Shown here: positions 40,086-53,870 of the stretch, one piece after another
Position numbering within the stretch: position 1 is the first letter of the stretch
Layout: each line of letters begins with the position of its first letter
Origin: Octopus vulgaris
Lineage: Eukaryota
NCBI GenBank assembly: GCA_951406725.2
Contig: OX597817.1
Coordinates: forward strand, 131,626,001-131,690,000
Direction: 5' to 3'
Length of the DNA stretch: 64,000 bases
Program-made: the position numbers and the translations under genes
The notes under the pieces: generated by a model
The model's input: the letters and a program-made list of their open reading frames with translations, nothing else
What the model was told of the DNA's origin: nothing
The model's database searches: none

Positions 40086-41199
40086 ATGAAATATCTGTCT
40101 GTGAATGCTTAGTTTCACATTTGTTCCTGTCTACTTTACCTTTTCTCATCTCTACTTTGCATCTCAACACTTCCGATCTGGAAACTTTTAACCAAAGACA
40201 ATCTATAAAAAAAAACCCATTTTTTTCCTTTATCTCAAATATTCTTTATTTTCATTTCCATTTTTCTCTCCCAAATGAATGACAAGAAACATTGTTTAAA
40301 TTGATGTGATAGATGTTACCGAGGTCGAGAATCGTTATTTCTGAAACGATAAGCATGCGCCAAATAAGAACAGCTAAATATACGTTGCTAGCAATTGGCT
40401 TCCATTGCCAAACAAACGATAAGTCTTGTAGTAACTCTGTCTGTCGGTCTGTCGGTCTGTCTGTTTGTCTGTCGGTCTGTCAGTCTGTCTGCTTGCCTCT
40501 TCACTCTCTTCCTCTCTCTTTCCTTTACTCTCTCTTTCTTTCTCTTTCACTATCTCTCTTTCCTACATTTTCTCTTCCTTTCTCCTTCGCTCTCACTCTC
40601 TCTCTTTCTGTTTCTCTCCCCCTTTCTTTCTCTCTCCGCCCAATCTCCATGACTGTCGGTTTGTCTCTCTCTGCCTGTCTCTCTCTATCTCTATGCCTAT
40701 ACATCTATCTGTCTGCCTGTTTGTCGGTCTGTCAGTCTTTCTGCTTGCCTCTTCACTCCCTTACTCTTTCTTTCCCTTACTCTCTCTCACTCTCTCCTTC
40801 GCTCACTCCCTCTTTCTTTCACTATCTCTCTCTTTCCTTCACCCTCTCTTTCTTTCTCCTTCACTCTCTTTCTCCTTCTCTCCCCCTTTCTTTTTCTCTC
40901 CACCCAATCTCCTTGGCTCTTTGCCTGCCTGTCTCTCTCTGCCTATCTATCTCTAACTCTCCATCTCTATGCCTACCCGTCTATTTGTCTGTCGGTCTGT
41001 CTGTCCGTACCCACCCCAGTAACTCTCTCTTCTCCTCCCCCCCTCTCTCTCCTATAACATGCAATATTTTTTGCCTCATGTATATTTAAGATAAACGTCA
41101 ACAGAGATAGTCCCGTTCTCGGTGTTTTCGCATGACAGAGAGAAATCGGCGCCGCTGATAAATAACGCAGATACGAAGTCAATACACACAACACACACA

Positions 41200-41726
41200 A
41201 ATACATACATAAATACATGCATACATACATACATACATACATACATACATACATACATACATACATACATACGTACATACATACATACATACATACGTAC
41301 ATACACACATACATACACATAAATACATACATACATACGTACATACACACATACATACATACGTACATACATACATACGTACATACATACATACATACAT
41401 AAGTACATACACACATACATAGACATAAGTAAATGCATACATACATAAATACATACATAATACATACATACATACATAGACACATACATACATACATACA
41501 TACATACATACATACATACATACATACATACATACATACGTACATACATACATACATACATACATACATACGTACATACATACATACATACATACATACG
41601 TACATACACACATACATACACATACATACATACATACATACATACATACATACATACGTACATAAATACATACATACATACACACATACATACACATACA
41701 TACATACATACATACATACATACATA
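41200..41726. repeat. (ATAC)n microsatellite, ~520 bp
   Basis: Direct inspection. Confidence 0.95.
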
Positions 41727-42399
41727 GTGACTGAAAACATCTAGTGACATCAATAATATTTATCGATTGGCTATTGGTAATAAATTATTGAATTTCCAAC
41801 TAGTAATTCCTTCAGATGTTTATTTTGTCTTCAGTACCATCGTATTTCTTTCCCAGTTACACCAACAATAGCAAGAATAACAACGTCGGTGACAACAACA
41901 ATGAAGATAACAAGCTCGACAATAACAGAAAAGATGGCGGCGAAGACGACGACGACGACGACGACGACGAAGACAGCAACAACAGCAACAACAACAACAA
42001 CAACCCGAAGAACGATATCAACAACAACGACAACAGCAACAACACGGGTAAACGGATGATAGCGGTGGTTTTCCACTGAAAACAATACATCTTTTGAATC
42101 GTTGTCGACGTATTTTCTCAAATGTAGATTTTTTTTCTGTCTCGAGTTGTTGTTGTGTCTTCCTTTTCATCGTTGTTGAAAAAGAAAAAAAAAAAAAACA
42201 CGTTATTGTTGTGACTGTCTGTCTGCCTGTACGCCTGTCTGCTCAAAGATGACAACGATAAACGAAAAGCAAGAATATATAAAACAAAATAAAATCAAAA
42301 TTGAAAGCAAGCAAAATCGATATATTTATAATGAAGATAATCATCATATTGACAGATATTTCAACATCTACGTCGGGAAATCTCAGTTTAAACTTTGTT

Positions 42400-42595
42400 A
42401 GAACCGTTAGTATGCCGGACGAAATGCTTAGCGGCATTTCGTTCGTCGTTACATTCTGAATACAAATTCTGCCGTGGTCGTCTTTGCTTTCATCCTTTCG
42501 GGGTCGATAAAATATGCCCCAGTAAGACATCGGGGTCGATGTTATCGACTTATTCACCCCCATAAAATTTGCTGCCCTTTGAAAATTTGAAATCA
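42400..42595 (+). mobile_element. SINE family A monomer
   Basis: cgttagtatgccggacgaaatgcttagc...tttcatcctttcggggtcgataaa. Confidence 0.8.
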
Positions 42596-42691
42596 AAATA
42601 TTTACCGTAAATACAGTTATACTACTGGTGATAGGATTTGATCGCCCAACCTCTAGGTATCTAGTCCTACAATCTAGTCATTTATGAAATA

Positions 42692-43683
42692 TTTATTTCT
42701 TTATTGCCCACGGAGGAAGGGGGGGGGGTAAACATAGAGTGGACAAACAAGGACAGAGAAAGGGATTAAGTCGTTTACATCGTTCCTGTGCGTAAGAGAT
42801 TACATCGACCCGGAAAGGATGAAAGGAAAAGTCGACATCGGCGGAGTTTGAACTCAGAATGTAACGGCAGACGAAATACCGCTAAGTATTTTGGCCTTCA
42901 TTTATGAATTATTCTTTTCTACTCTAGGTACAATGCCCGAAATTTTGAGAGAAGTTGTGCCAGTCATTTAGATCGACCCCATTATGCAATTGGTTCTTAA
43001 TTTATCGATCCCGAAAGGATGAAAGGCAAAGTCGACCTCGGCGGAATTTGAACTCGGAATGTCTTTAGACAGACGAAATACCAGTTTCTTTACTACCCAC
43101 AAGGGGTTAAACATAGAGTGGACAAACAAGAACAGAAAAAGGGATTAAGTCGATTATATCGACCCCAGTGCGTAACTGGTACTTATTTAATCGAACCCGA
43201 AAGGATGAAATGTAAAGTCGACCTCGGCGGAATTTGAACTCAGAACGTAGCGGCAGACGAAATACCTATTTCTTTGCTACCCACAAGGGGCTAAACACAG
43301 AGGGGACAAACAAGGACAGACAAACGGATTAAGTCGATTGCATCGACACCAGTGCGTAACTGGTACTTTATTTATCGACCCCGAAAGGATGAAAGGCAAA
43401 GTCAACCTCGGCGGAATTTGAACTCAGAACGTACCGGCAGACGAAATACCTATTTCTTTACTAACCACAAGGGGCTAAACACAGAGGGGACAAAAAAGGA
43501 CAGACAAACGGATTAAGTCGATTATATCGACTCCAGTACGTAACTGGTACTTATTTAATCGACCCCGAAAGGATGAAAGGCAAAGTCGACCTTGGCGGAA
43601 TTTGAACTCAGAACGTAAAGGCAGACGAAATACCGCTAAACATTTCGCCCGACGTGCTAACAATTCTGCCGGCTTGCCGCCTT
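42692..43683 (-). mobile_element. SINE family A array: a monomer (42692-42896) and head-A-A-A-B (42909-43683)
   Basis: cagacgaaatacc ends at 43082, 43266, 43450 and 43634, an exact 184-bp period. Confidence 0.9.
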
Positions 43684-43930
43684 TGAACCTACTGAAATAT
43701 TAAACAGGATGCATTAACTCTGCAAAGTATAAAAGCAGATGTGTTATGTAAAATAAATTTTGCGTATCTGGTGAAAGACTTTGCAATTAAAAAAGTAGGA
43801 AAAAAATTATCAGATATAAAATAAAGTGAAAGTAGAGAAAAATAAACATTATTTTACATCTTAGTGTTAGTTTTATTTCATTTTGAAAAAAAAGAAAATT
43901 ATTTTGTAGTTTATTATTGTTTATATTTTA

Positions 43931-44480
43931 AGGCGGCGAGCTGGCAGAAACGTTAGCACGCCGAGCGAAATGCGTAGCCGTATTTCGTCTGCCGGTACGT
44001 TCTAAGTTCAAATTCCTCCGAGGTCGACTTTGCCTTTCATCCTTTCGGGGTCGATAAATTAAGTACCAGTTACGCACTGGCGTCGATATAATCGACTTAA
44101 TCCGTTTGTCTGTCCTTGTTTGTCCTCTCTATGTTTAGCCCCTTGTGGGTAGACTTTACGTTCCGAGTTCAAATTCCGCCAAGGTCGACTTTGCATTTCA
44201 TCCTTTCGGGGTCGATAAATTAAGCACTAGTTGTGTACTGGGATCGACCTAATCGATTGGCTCTCCCTCACCCAAAATTTCGGGCCTTGTGCCTAGAGTA
44301 GAAAAGAATATTTTAAGTACATTTCGCAACGTTCTGAGTTCAAATTCCACCGAGGTCGACTTTGCCGGTCATCCTTTCGGGGTCGATAAATTTAGTACCA
44401 GTTGCGTACTGAGGTTGATCTAATCGACTGCCCCTGCCTCCTCAAAAATTTCGGTCCTTGTTCCCAGAGTAAAAAAGATT
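43931..44480 (+). mobile_element. SINE family A multimer (head-A-B plus an extra B)
   Basis: Head ggcggcgagctggcagaaacgttag (A-box-like), B-box-like gttcaaattcc, three cores. Confidence 0.9.
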
Positions 44481-45054
44481 ATTGTTTAAATTTTTGAATT
44501 ACATATACTTGAGAGTACCAGAAATCTCTGAAATGCTTAGGGCCTCTATGGGTCTTAATCAGGCCCTAATCGTCGTTAAAAATACCTTGTTTTGTATGCA
44601 AATGCGAACGTAACTTAAAGAACTCTCGTTTAACGATTTGTAGAATCAAAAAGATAAAAAGGAAGGACGGAAAAAGAATGAAAGAAAGGAAAATTTATCA
44701 CGTGTAAATATTTTGTCGTTTACAAAATACTTTTATGAATGTCCCGGTATATAACATTAAACTGTCTTGAAGTTATCGGTTCCATTCAACAGATTCTCTC
44801 AGCATAACACGCCCTATTAACACAATACAACAATGTGTACTAGTTTCTCTTTTCAAAAATCTATTTATCGATCAAATATCAAACAATGAAAACTGATCGA
44901 TAATATTAAACATTGACCTTGATGTATTCTGATATTTCAGTTTCGGTTGTTCACGGTTGTGATTTCAAATTCCGCCGGAAGACTGTCTCTCACTTTGCAT
45001 TGGTTCTCAATGGTCGATGCTATTGAATACCCTTGAAAACCTTTCATCTCTCAT

Positions 45055-45400
45055 ATAGTTTCAGTAATCGGACTGCGACCAGGCTGGGGCAACAACTTGA
45101 AAATTTTTTCATTCGAATGGCTCTACCCTAGTACTTTATTAGTTTAAACCTGGCACATATTATGTTGGTGTCTTCTATTGAAGTGTTGCGTCACGGGGGT
45201 GTAAACATAGCAACAACGGTTGCCAATTGCTGATGGGGAACACACACACACACACACACACGTGACTGTTTTCTTTCAGTTTCCATTTATCAAATCCACT
45301 CGCAAAGATTTGGTCGGCCCGAGGCTGCAGCAGAAGACACTTGATCATGGTGCCCGGAAATGGATTGAAGCAAACTTCTTACTACACAGTCACGTCTGCG
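45055..45400 (-). mobile_element. SINE family C, diverged
   Basis: tttcagtttcc...caaatccactcgcaaag..ttggtcggcccgaggct. Confidence 0.65.
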
Positions 45401-45469
45401 CATATATTTATATATACACATATATACATATATACATGCTTTCATATACATATACATACATACATACAT

Positions 45470-45534
<65 letters not shown>

Positions 45535-45570
45535 TATATACGTATATATATATGTGTGTGTGTGTATGTA

Positions 45571-45612
<42 letters not shown>

Positions 45613-46049
45613 CGCATAGGTAATTAAAATTAATGATTATTGATCAAACACGCCAGTATCTTCCACAGAAAATCTAAACAACGGTTATATTGTCATCAAT
45701 GTACAAAGAACTCATTTTAATATTTATTGCAGAAATAAGGCAGAGTAGTGATGTTCATCGCATTCTTTGAGAGAAAGAAAGATGGCTTCGCGGTGTAAAT
45801 ATAGAAAACTGAATTCAACGAGAGCGAAATGGGCTGGGAAATACAATCCACCAAAATATCTTTATGGTTGTGTGGGCCACATGATACTGGGCTCGATCCT
45901 CCTGCGTGGTATTTTTGTCACGTGGCTTTTACTACAGCAGCGGGCCAACCAAAGCCTTGTGAGTGTATTTGGAAGAAGAAAGCTGTAAGAAACTCCTCCC
46001 TATATATGTGTGTGTGTGTAAATATACACAAACACACACACACACAAAC

Positions 46050-46460
46050 CGAGCTGGCAAAATCGTTAGCACGCCGGGCGAAATGCTTAGCAGTACTTCG
46101 TCTGTCTTCACGTTCTGGGTTCAATTTCCGCCGAGGTCGACTTTGCCTTTCATCCTTTCGGAGTTGATTAAATAAGTACCAGTTACGCACTGGAGTCGAT
46201 ATAATCGACTTAATCCGTTTGTCTGTCCTTGTTTGTCCTCTATGTGTTCAGCCCCTTGAGGGTAGTAAAGAAATAGATATTTCGTCTGCCGCTACGTTCT
46301 TAGTTCAAATTCGGCTAAGGTCGACTTTGCTTTTCATTCTTTCGGGGTCGATTAAATAAGTACCAGTTACGCACTGGAATCGATATAATCGACTTAATCC
46401 GTTTGTCTGCCCTTGTTTGTCCCCGTTACATTTAGCCCCCATGCAGGCAATAAAGAAATA
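46050..46460 (+). mobile_element. SINE family A dimer (head-A-A), downstream of a family C head (45865-46000)
   Basis: Junction gtaaagaaatag|atatttcgtctg at ~46275. Confidence 0.85.
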
Positions 46461-46534
46461 TATATATATATACATATGAATACACACACACACACACACA
46501 CACACATACACACACGTACATGTATGTATGTATG

Positions 46535-47105
46535 CTTGGTGAGGAGGGTGTTTATTGGACACCCTACGGGATGAAAAACAAAACCCGTCAAAGGGCGGAG
46601 GAACTCTTGAGAGTCAATGGCCATCCAATAAATGTGTAATTTTTTTTTCTTAAGGCTTAAGGCTGTATCATGCGCGGGGACATAGAAATAATCGGACTGA
46701 ATACCCGATCGCGCAGTTAAACCATTGGAAGCGAAGGACTCCTAGCCTTTGTTAGGGCATCCTTCTAGGAGAAGGTAACTCAGGTAACCAGGATAACTCT
46801 GACATAAAACCTGCAGCACAGTGGTTACCGATGATGTTGACTTGTTCTTCTTTTCGTATTATGGCTGCTGTTGCTTAGTGAGTGGGATTGACTCAGTGCT
46901 CAGCCTTTCCTCACTTTAAAAAACATCTTCCTGCACAGGCATTGCACGATAACAACATTGTTCATGATTGTTGATGGTGCTGTGAGTCTCAACTGAATGA
47001 CTGGCTGTAGCCTTAAAAAGCAAATAAAAGTCACATTCGATAACAGCACCAATAACAGTTAAGCTTCGTGCAATGGCCATACTCGATAACGAGGGGGCAG
47101 CCATC

Positions 47106-47107
<2 letters not shown>
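46535..47107 (+). mobile_element. Non-autonomous RTE-derived element with a (TATG)n tail to ~47327
   Basis: Inverted match to 1396-1860; ends gagggggcagccatcat. Confidence 0.75.
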
Positions 47108-47136
<29 letters not shown>

Positions 47137-47298
47137 TGTATGTATGTATGTATGTATGTATGTATGTATGTATGTATGTATGTATGTATGTATGCATGTA
47201 TGTATGTATGTATGTTTGTATGTATGTATGTATGTATGTATGTATGTATGTATGTATGTATGCATGTATGTATGTATGTATGTTTGTATGTATGTACT

Positions 47299-47331
<33 letters not shown>

Positions 47332-47736
47332 GTGTTTACTGGGAAATATGTGAGATTCTTCGTACAGTTAAGTATATTTAAAAAAGGAAAAGAATGACTT
47401 CACTGGTAGTGTTAATCAATTTAATTTTTTAATGATATAATTTTAGTTTAGTTTGTAGATCTAGCAAGCTGTTTGTTAATTTCGGTTGGAGAGGTATTTT
47501 AAAGATTCCTCGGTAACTTTTCTGCAGAACTCAATTGTATTCGTCGATGGCAGTTGTCAAACTGATCTCATTCTATCTCTAATAGTAGCTTTTTTGAAAA
47601 TTCTTTTGCATTAAATATTTATCTCCCACTGGATGTCGAACATAAAATGGTTTCTGTGCATTTTCCTTCCTTTCTTCTTTTACATCTTTCACTACAATTC
47701 ATCACATGGAAAAAGAAATATTTTTCGGACCCGCCA

Positions 47737-47798
<62 letters not shown>

Positions 47799-47852
47799 GT
47801 CTGTCTGTCTGTCAGTCTATGTATGTATGTATGTATCTATCTATCTATCTAT

Positions 47853-47921
<69 letters not shown>

Positions 47922-50607
47922 TATAATAATTTGAGGGAATATTATTCCTAACTTTCAGGGAAAAATTCAATTAAATTACATCATCTACAAAATTACATAT
48001 AATAAAAATATTAAATATAAAATAACAAGAATATACCGATGATTAAGTAATGTGCAAATAATAAATAAAACGTATATATTTGGCAGAATAACGACACGTG
48101 CTTCGTGGCTATATTTAAGAAATATATATATATATATAATGTGGCCAGCCCCCCAGGAAAAACTAAGCCAAGAGCATTAGATTCCTTGGAAGAAAGCAGC
48201 GAACGTATGCAAAAACAAGGACAGAAAAAACTGACAATGTTACACAAATACAATAAAATTAATAACAGGACATATCAAAAGGTATCTTTCGACTAAAGAC
48301 GAATTAAATTAAGCCGACGTGTATGGAAATGAAGCCTTACAGCAGGGATACAAGATTTCACAGGCACAGGGAGGAATATCGATGTTGCCCGAATAGCAGC
48401 CAGGCCAAGAATGAAAGATCAGGCTCGACCGAACGCCGGTCACGTGGGAAGAGAAGAGAGGAGAGAGAGAGAGAGAGAGGTAAAGGCAGAGGGATGAAGA
48501 ATTAAGGAGGAGCGAGGAAAAACGACAGGGACACGGTGTAGTGAAAAGTGGAGGGAAAGTGAGCAAGAAGAGAAGGCAAAGAAAATGTGAGAGAGGAGGA
48601 ACGAAAGAACGAAGAGTGGAATGAACGAATAAGCGTGATATAGAAAAAGCTTTTACTGTGACGTGAAAATCTATTCGATGCGTTAATTTCAAACCAGCAT
48701 TTTTCAAAATAACCCCAGATCTTCAACTTCAGTGACACAACAACGATCTTATTCCCTACAACAACCAGGATAAAAGTTTCTTCATATTCTATAACTAATC
48801 AATTAGATTCACTTGTTTGTCTCCCTCAGGAATGCGAATCAATAACCTTTGTAACCGTCTCTATCCTAAAATAGAATTCAACAGTCTTATTTCGACCCAT
48901 TCTCCCACCCACTTTCTTTCTTACGTCGCCGTTTCCGTCTCCATTTCTTTATTTCTCTGTCTGTGTGTCTGTCTGTCAGTCTGTCTCTGCCTGCATGTCT
49001 CTCTCTCTCTCTCTCTCTCTCACTCTCTACCCCTCCCTTTCTCTCTCTCGTTTTCTTTTTACTTTACACGTTCCTTTGTATCTTTATCTTTTATTTTCCC
49101 CCTTTTCCTTCATTCTCCTTTCCTCATTCTTCACTCCTTTACGTACATACATACATACATACATACATACACACACATACATACGTACGTACATGCATAC
49201 TTATACACATATACAAATACATACATGTAGACACGTGTATATATGTGTATATGTACATATACATGAATACATATGTATATACGTGTGTTTGTGTCTGAGT
49301 GTGTGTATATGTGTATGTGTGTGAGGGTGTGTGTGTGTACATGCATGCATCCACCCATTCAAGCATACATGCATGCATACATACGCACACAAATCTAACG
49401 TTACAGCACCAATTCTTCGCCAAGTTCAGTTTCCAAAGCCAAACATAATACGCAAAGCATTTCTTAAAACTTGTTTCATATTCTGCTACGCTGTTTTACA
49501 CTCTGCAATCTCTTATACTTTGTAATATTAAATTCGATGCTTGTACCTAGGTTGTAGCTTACCTTCTCTCACCTATCAAACCAATTCTATTATTGACTAT
49601 ATCCTTTTATATTGAATTCTGTTACCGTTCTCAGTAATTTACCCTATGGAAAACGTTCACTGCATCTGTTTTTCACCGAAAGTTCCATGTTCCTTCGGCC
49701 TCCGGCACATCATTCTCCTGACGTTGGTTCTCGACTTCAGCTGTTGGCAATTAATTCCTTACCTCATTCCTGAAGACCATCTTCTGCCGCTTTGATTTGT
49801 GTCTGGTTTTATCTTTTAACCATTTCCATTTTACTTCAATCAGTCATTAGACTGCGACCATACTGAAGAATTTTAGACGTACGAATCGCCTTCAATACAG
49901 ATTATTCTAAAGCCTAGTATTTATTCTATCGGTGCCATTTGCCGAATGCTAAGGTACGGAGACATAAACACAGATTATCTCTAACACGCGCGCACACACA
50001 CACACACAGATGTATGTATATATATATATACATATATAAATATGAGATCCAAGTATCGAATTGTAGGAAAAAAAGCTAGCTTCAAGCAATCCATAGTAAA
50101 TATAAAAAACAACTTTCAGTGACAATAGTGGTTTATTGAGACGGGAGGTTGTAGATTTTTTTCGTATCGAAGTACGATAAATTGAAAAAAGTTCTTTTTA
50201 TATTTCACGGTAGGCAACCAGGTTTACCGGGAGTGTGAATAAGAATAGAAGAGTTAGAGAATGGAGTAGATAAGATCCAGACTACATATGTTTCATAGCG
50301 AGCAGAACCTGGGAAATGGTAAATATCCAAGCGAGGTGTGTACCGCAGGCTGCTCTTCAGGCCGAGGATATCTTCATTAAATGAAAGTTTACATTGTCGC
50401 AAGGAGGTACATGTTAACATATGGAAGATTAAATCAGAATGTGTGGGGAGCACAGTAGGAATAGAGAATATGAATATAGAGAGGAATTAGAATTAAAAGA
50501 AGGAAAAAAAAAACATAAGGGAGTGAGAAGAAAGAGGAATTTAAGCAAGCTCGTGGTCAGAGAAGCAAATATCTTCAGCTACTGAGGCTGGTGAAAGCCA
50601 AACAAGC

Positions 50608-50744
50608 GACAAGTAAATTTGTGGTATTGAGCAGAATATTTGCTATAGCCCATCTTTTATACCAAGGCAAAATAATATATAACACTTCCAATCAGTTAAA
50701 ATCAAAAGCCTTGAGAGCCTCTGCCTAGTAGTGAATCAGGGCAT
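50608..50744 (-). mobile_element. Element X, 5' part
   Basis: The reverse complement begins atgccctgat; it abuts (TAC)n. Confidence 0.7.
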
Positions 50745-50746
50745 TT

Positions 50747-50819
<73 letters not shown>

Positions 50820-50821
<2 letters not shown>

Positions 50822-51215
50822 CATTGGTTTTTAGTTCCGGGTCAATAAGCTCTCTTCTTGGGCAACCAAGATAAAGCCTTCACACTCTACCTTTATCCCT
50901 GAAATCCGTAGCCACTAATGGGTGTGTTTCTAGGCTACTTCAGCTTGTTTGCTACGGGCCACATTTTTGCCATGCAGAGGTTTTTGTTACCACCTATCAG
51001 CCTATTGTTCAAACGCATTTTGCTTTGCTATTGATTTAACCTTCTCTGCAACTACATTTTCTGCACTTTTCTCATGCTGTTCAAATACTTAGCCCTTCTT
51101 CATAACAGAATGAAGCTTCTTACGTCTTTCATGGTTTTCAACGAGCTTTAGCATCCTGTCGTTAGATGTTTTAAGATATTTTGGCAGTCCAATTGTGGTG
51201 GTATTGTAGCAGATT
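50820..51215 (-). mobile_element. Decayed R4/Dong-like fragment
   Basis: YNTTTIGLPKYL...MLKLVENHERRKKLHSVMK parallels YKITTIGLQKYL...HEQNKKLFSVFK at ~57370. Confidence 0.65.
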
Positions 51216-52452
51216 TCCCCGACCAAGATGTTCCTCAGACATTTCAAGTTTCTGTTTACAATATCCAACGCGCCAGTGATAGGTCGCACCACATTTCACA
51301 ATCTTAGATTCCCATCGTCGCCCAATCTCCTATCTTAAATCAATATATTCGTGAAGCTCTTCCTATTTTTTCTTTTTCGACCTGGTATGAAAGGGGAATG
51401 CTATAACCATCATTATACATCCACGAGATCTTTTGTGCGTAAATATTTGTGCGTAAGGAGCTTTCTCTTTGTTTATTCATTTATTCACAACAATAACAAC
51501 AACAGCAATAACAATAATAACAGCAACAACAACAACAACAACAGTAATAATAATGATAATGAATGAAAGAGCAATGCATGCCGTCAAAGTGACACTGGAG
51601 TAAAATATACGAAGCCCAGAAAATACAATAAGACTTTTGCAATGGGAAGAAGAATGTTTACATTTTCGAATGCTCAGGGAGAGTCAAAAAGAAAAGAAAA
51701 GAAGTTGTGGCTAGGAAAGTTCTAAGGTTTATCTAATATGGTCTTTTGTATGAATGCACAGGGAGAAATGGTAGCGTTCTTAGAATAAAAAGGAGGATGA
51801 TATTTTAATTTTCGAATACTCAGGGAGAGAGGAAAGGATACTTTGTCGGACATTAGTTGTAGATATTAAAGATATTTTTTACTTTCCTTTTATTTTCTCT
51901 TGTATTTTAAGCTGACCGGTTTGTGTATTCGATAGCTGTAGGTATGTAAGTTTCCTAACTTATTTTCTTTTAGGGAAATTTCAAATATTTACAGGGAATT
52001 GTAGATATTCCAGTCTTTGGGGACAGTAGGAGGAAGAGCGGGTTCATCTTGTTGGGTTTTTGAATTTCTGAATTTCTTTTTCTTTGGGAATTTTTTATTT
52101 TAAAAAGTTTTGCTGTGGTTTACAGTTTTTGTAGTTGTGCAGTATGTATATATTAGCAGGTGCTTACTTCCATAATTTATTATCGTTGTGTTTTTAGTGT
52201 GTTACAATAAAAGGCATTTTTACATATTCTGATAGTCAAGGAAGAAGGGACGACAAAATGTTCACACAAAATTAGAGATATTTATGTTTCTAAATTTTTG
52301 TTATGTGTTCATTTGTATGTCCAAAGCTGCAGATATGTAAGTTTCTTAACTTATTTTGAGGGAAATTCAAATTACTCACAGAAAACAGTAGATCTTCCAG
52401 TTTTTTACAGTTGTTATCGTTATTATCAATATCATTATTATTATTATCATTA

Positions 52453-52576
<124 letters not shown>

Positions 52577-53381
52577 TATTATTATTATTATTATTATTAA
52601 CTTGACATGCAAAATAGTTACGACCCTTGAGTCGTGACTATTATAAGTTTCTATTATAAATGAATATTATAAGTTTTTAAGTTTCTTCAGATCAACACAC
52701 ACACACACACAGACACATGTAACTCTCTGGGTTACGTGAATGAAGGCATATGCAATAAGGCTTCAGCATGATGTCTACAAAAATTTAATTATCCCTCCGT
52801 CAGTAACCTGCAAAACCAGTGAGTATGTGTTTTCGTATATTTGTGTGTGTGTGTGTCATTACGTGCGTGTGTACTTAAATCCAAACAAAATCTCTAATAC
52901 CTTCTAACGAGATTAGACTTACAAACTCCATCAACACTATAAATATTACCCCCATCCCCACCCCACCACCACCACCAACAACAACAGCAACAACAATAAT
53001 TACATTAACAATAACAAGACAATTAGCACTGCCACCACCACCGCCACTACCACCGTCACCGATACCGGCTCCGTCGTCTCCGTCGCCTCTATTGACACCA
53101 ATGGTACCAGCAGCAGCAGTACCAGCACCACCAGCACCACCAGCACCAGCACCACCAGCACTATCACGGAAACCATTCATACCACTAATTGCCAATTGCA
53201 CTGATAATACGACATCAACTTCATCGTTACAAAAAAGAAGAAAAGCAACAACAACAGCTAAGCATTATAACAATAGTAAAAAACAAAACAAAAGCACTAC
53301 AATAACAACAACAACATCGTTAAAATTCATTTTCACCGTCAGCAATAATAACACTACACCATCTCAAAGATAATTATCGAT

Positions 53382-53552
53382 ATTCTTTTCTACTCAAGGC
53401 ACAAGGCCCGAAATTTATGGAGAGTTGGGGAACAGTCGATTAGATCGACCCCAGTACGCAACTGGTACTTAATTTATCAACCCTGAATGGATGAAAAGTA
53501 AAGTCGACCTGGGCGGATTTGAACTAAAAACGTAAAGACGGACGAAATACCG
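53382..53552 (-). mobile_element. SINE family A unit B
   Basis: Core plus tail B. Confidence 0.8.
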
Positions 53553-53727
53553 TTGAAGACAAGGCGATCACGGTTGGAACGTCTTTAGCGTACACATCTA
53601 TTTCTTGAAGATCTACCAGGGGCTTAACAACGATTATAACAACAGCTGCAGCTTCAACAGTTATAAAAAGAGAAACAGTCAATCTATAATCTTTAGGAGT
53701 GGCCATGCTTCTTCTTATCATCAAATT

Positions 53728-53870
53728 GCCATGGCGTTATGAAGAGCATCCAGCTGTAGAAACTCTGCCAGATCAAGATTGAAGCCTGGTGCAGCTATCT
53801 GGCTCGCCAGCCCTCAGTCATACGCCCAACCCATGCTAGCATGGAAAGCGGACGTTAAACGATGATGATG
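53728..53870 (+). mobile_element. 3' tail of a SINE/LINE ending in (GAT)n
   Basis: gcatccagctgtagaaac...ccatgctagcatggaaagcggacgttaaacgatgatgatg; single copy in this window. Confidence 0.45.

Noticed and set aside
42909-43683. CRISPR-like or satellite interpretation of the periodic array
   Set aside because: The units are contiguous 184-bp SINE bodies with no unique spacers, and the context is eukaryotic with no cas genes
50040-50570. Possible Penelope-like 3' remnant
   Set aside because: Too degenerate; no diagnostic motif could be confirmed
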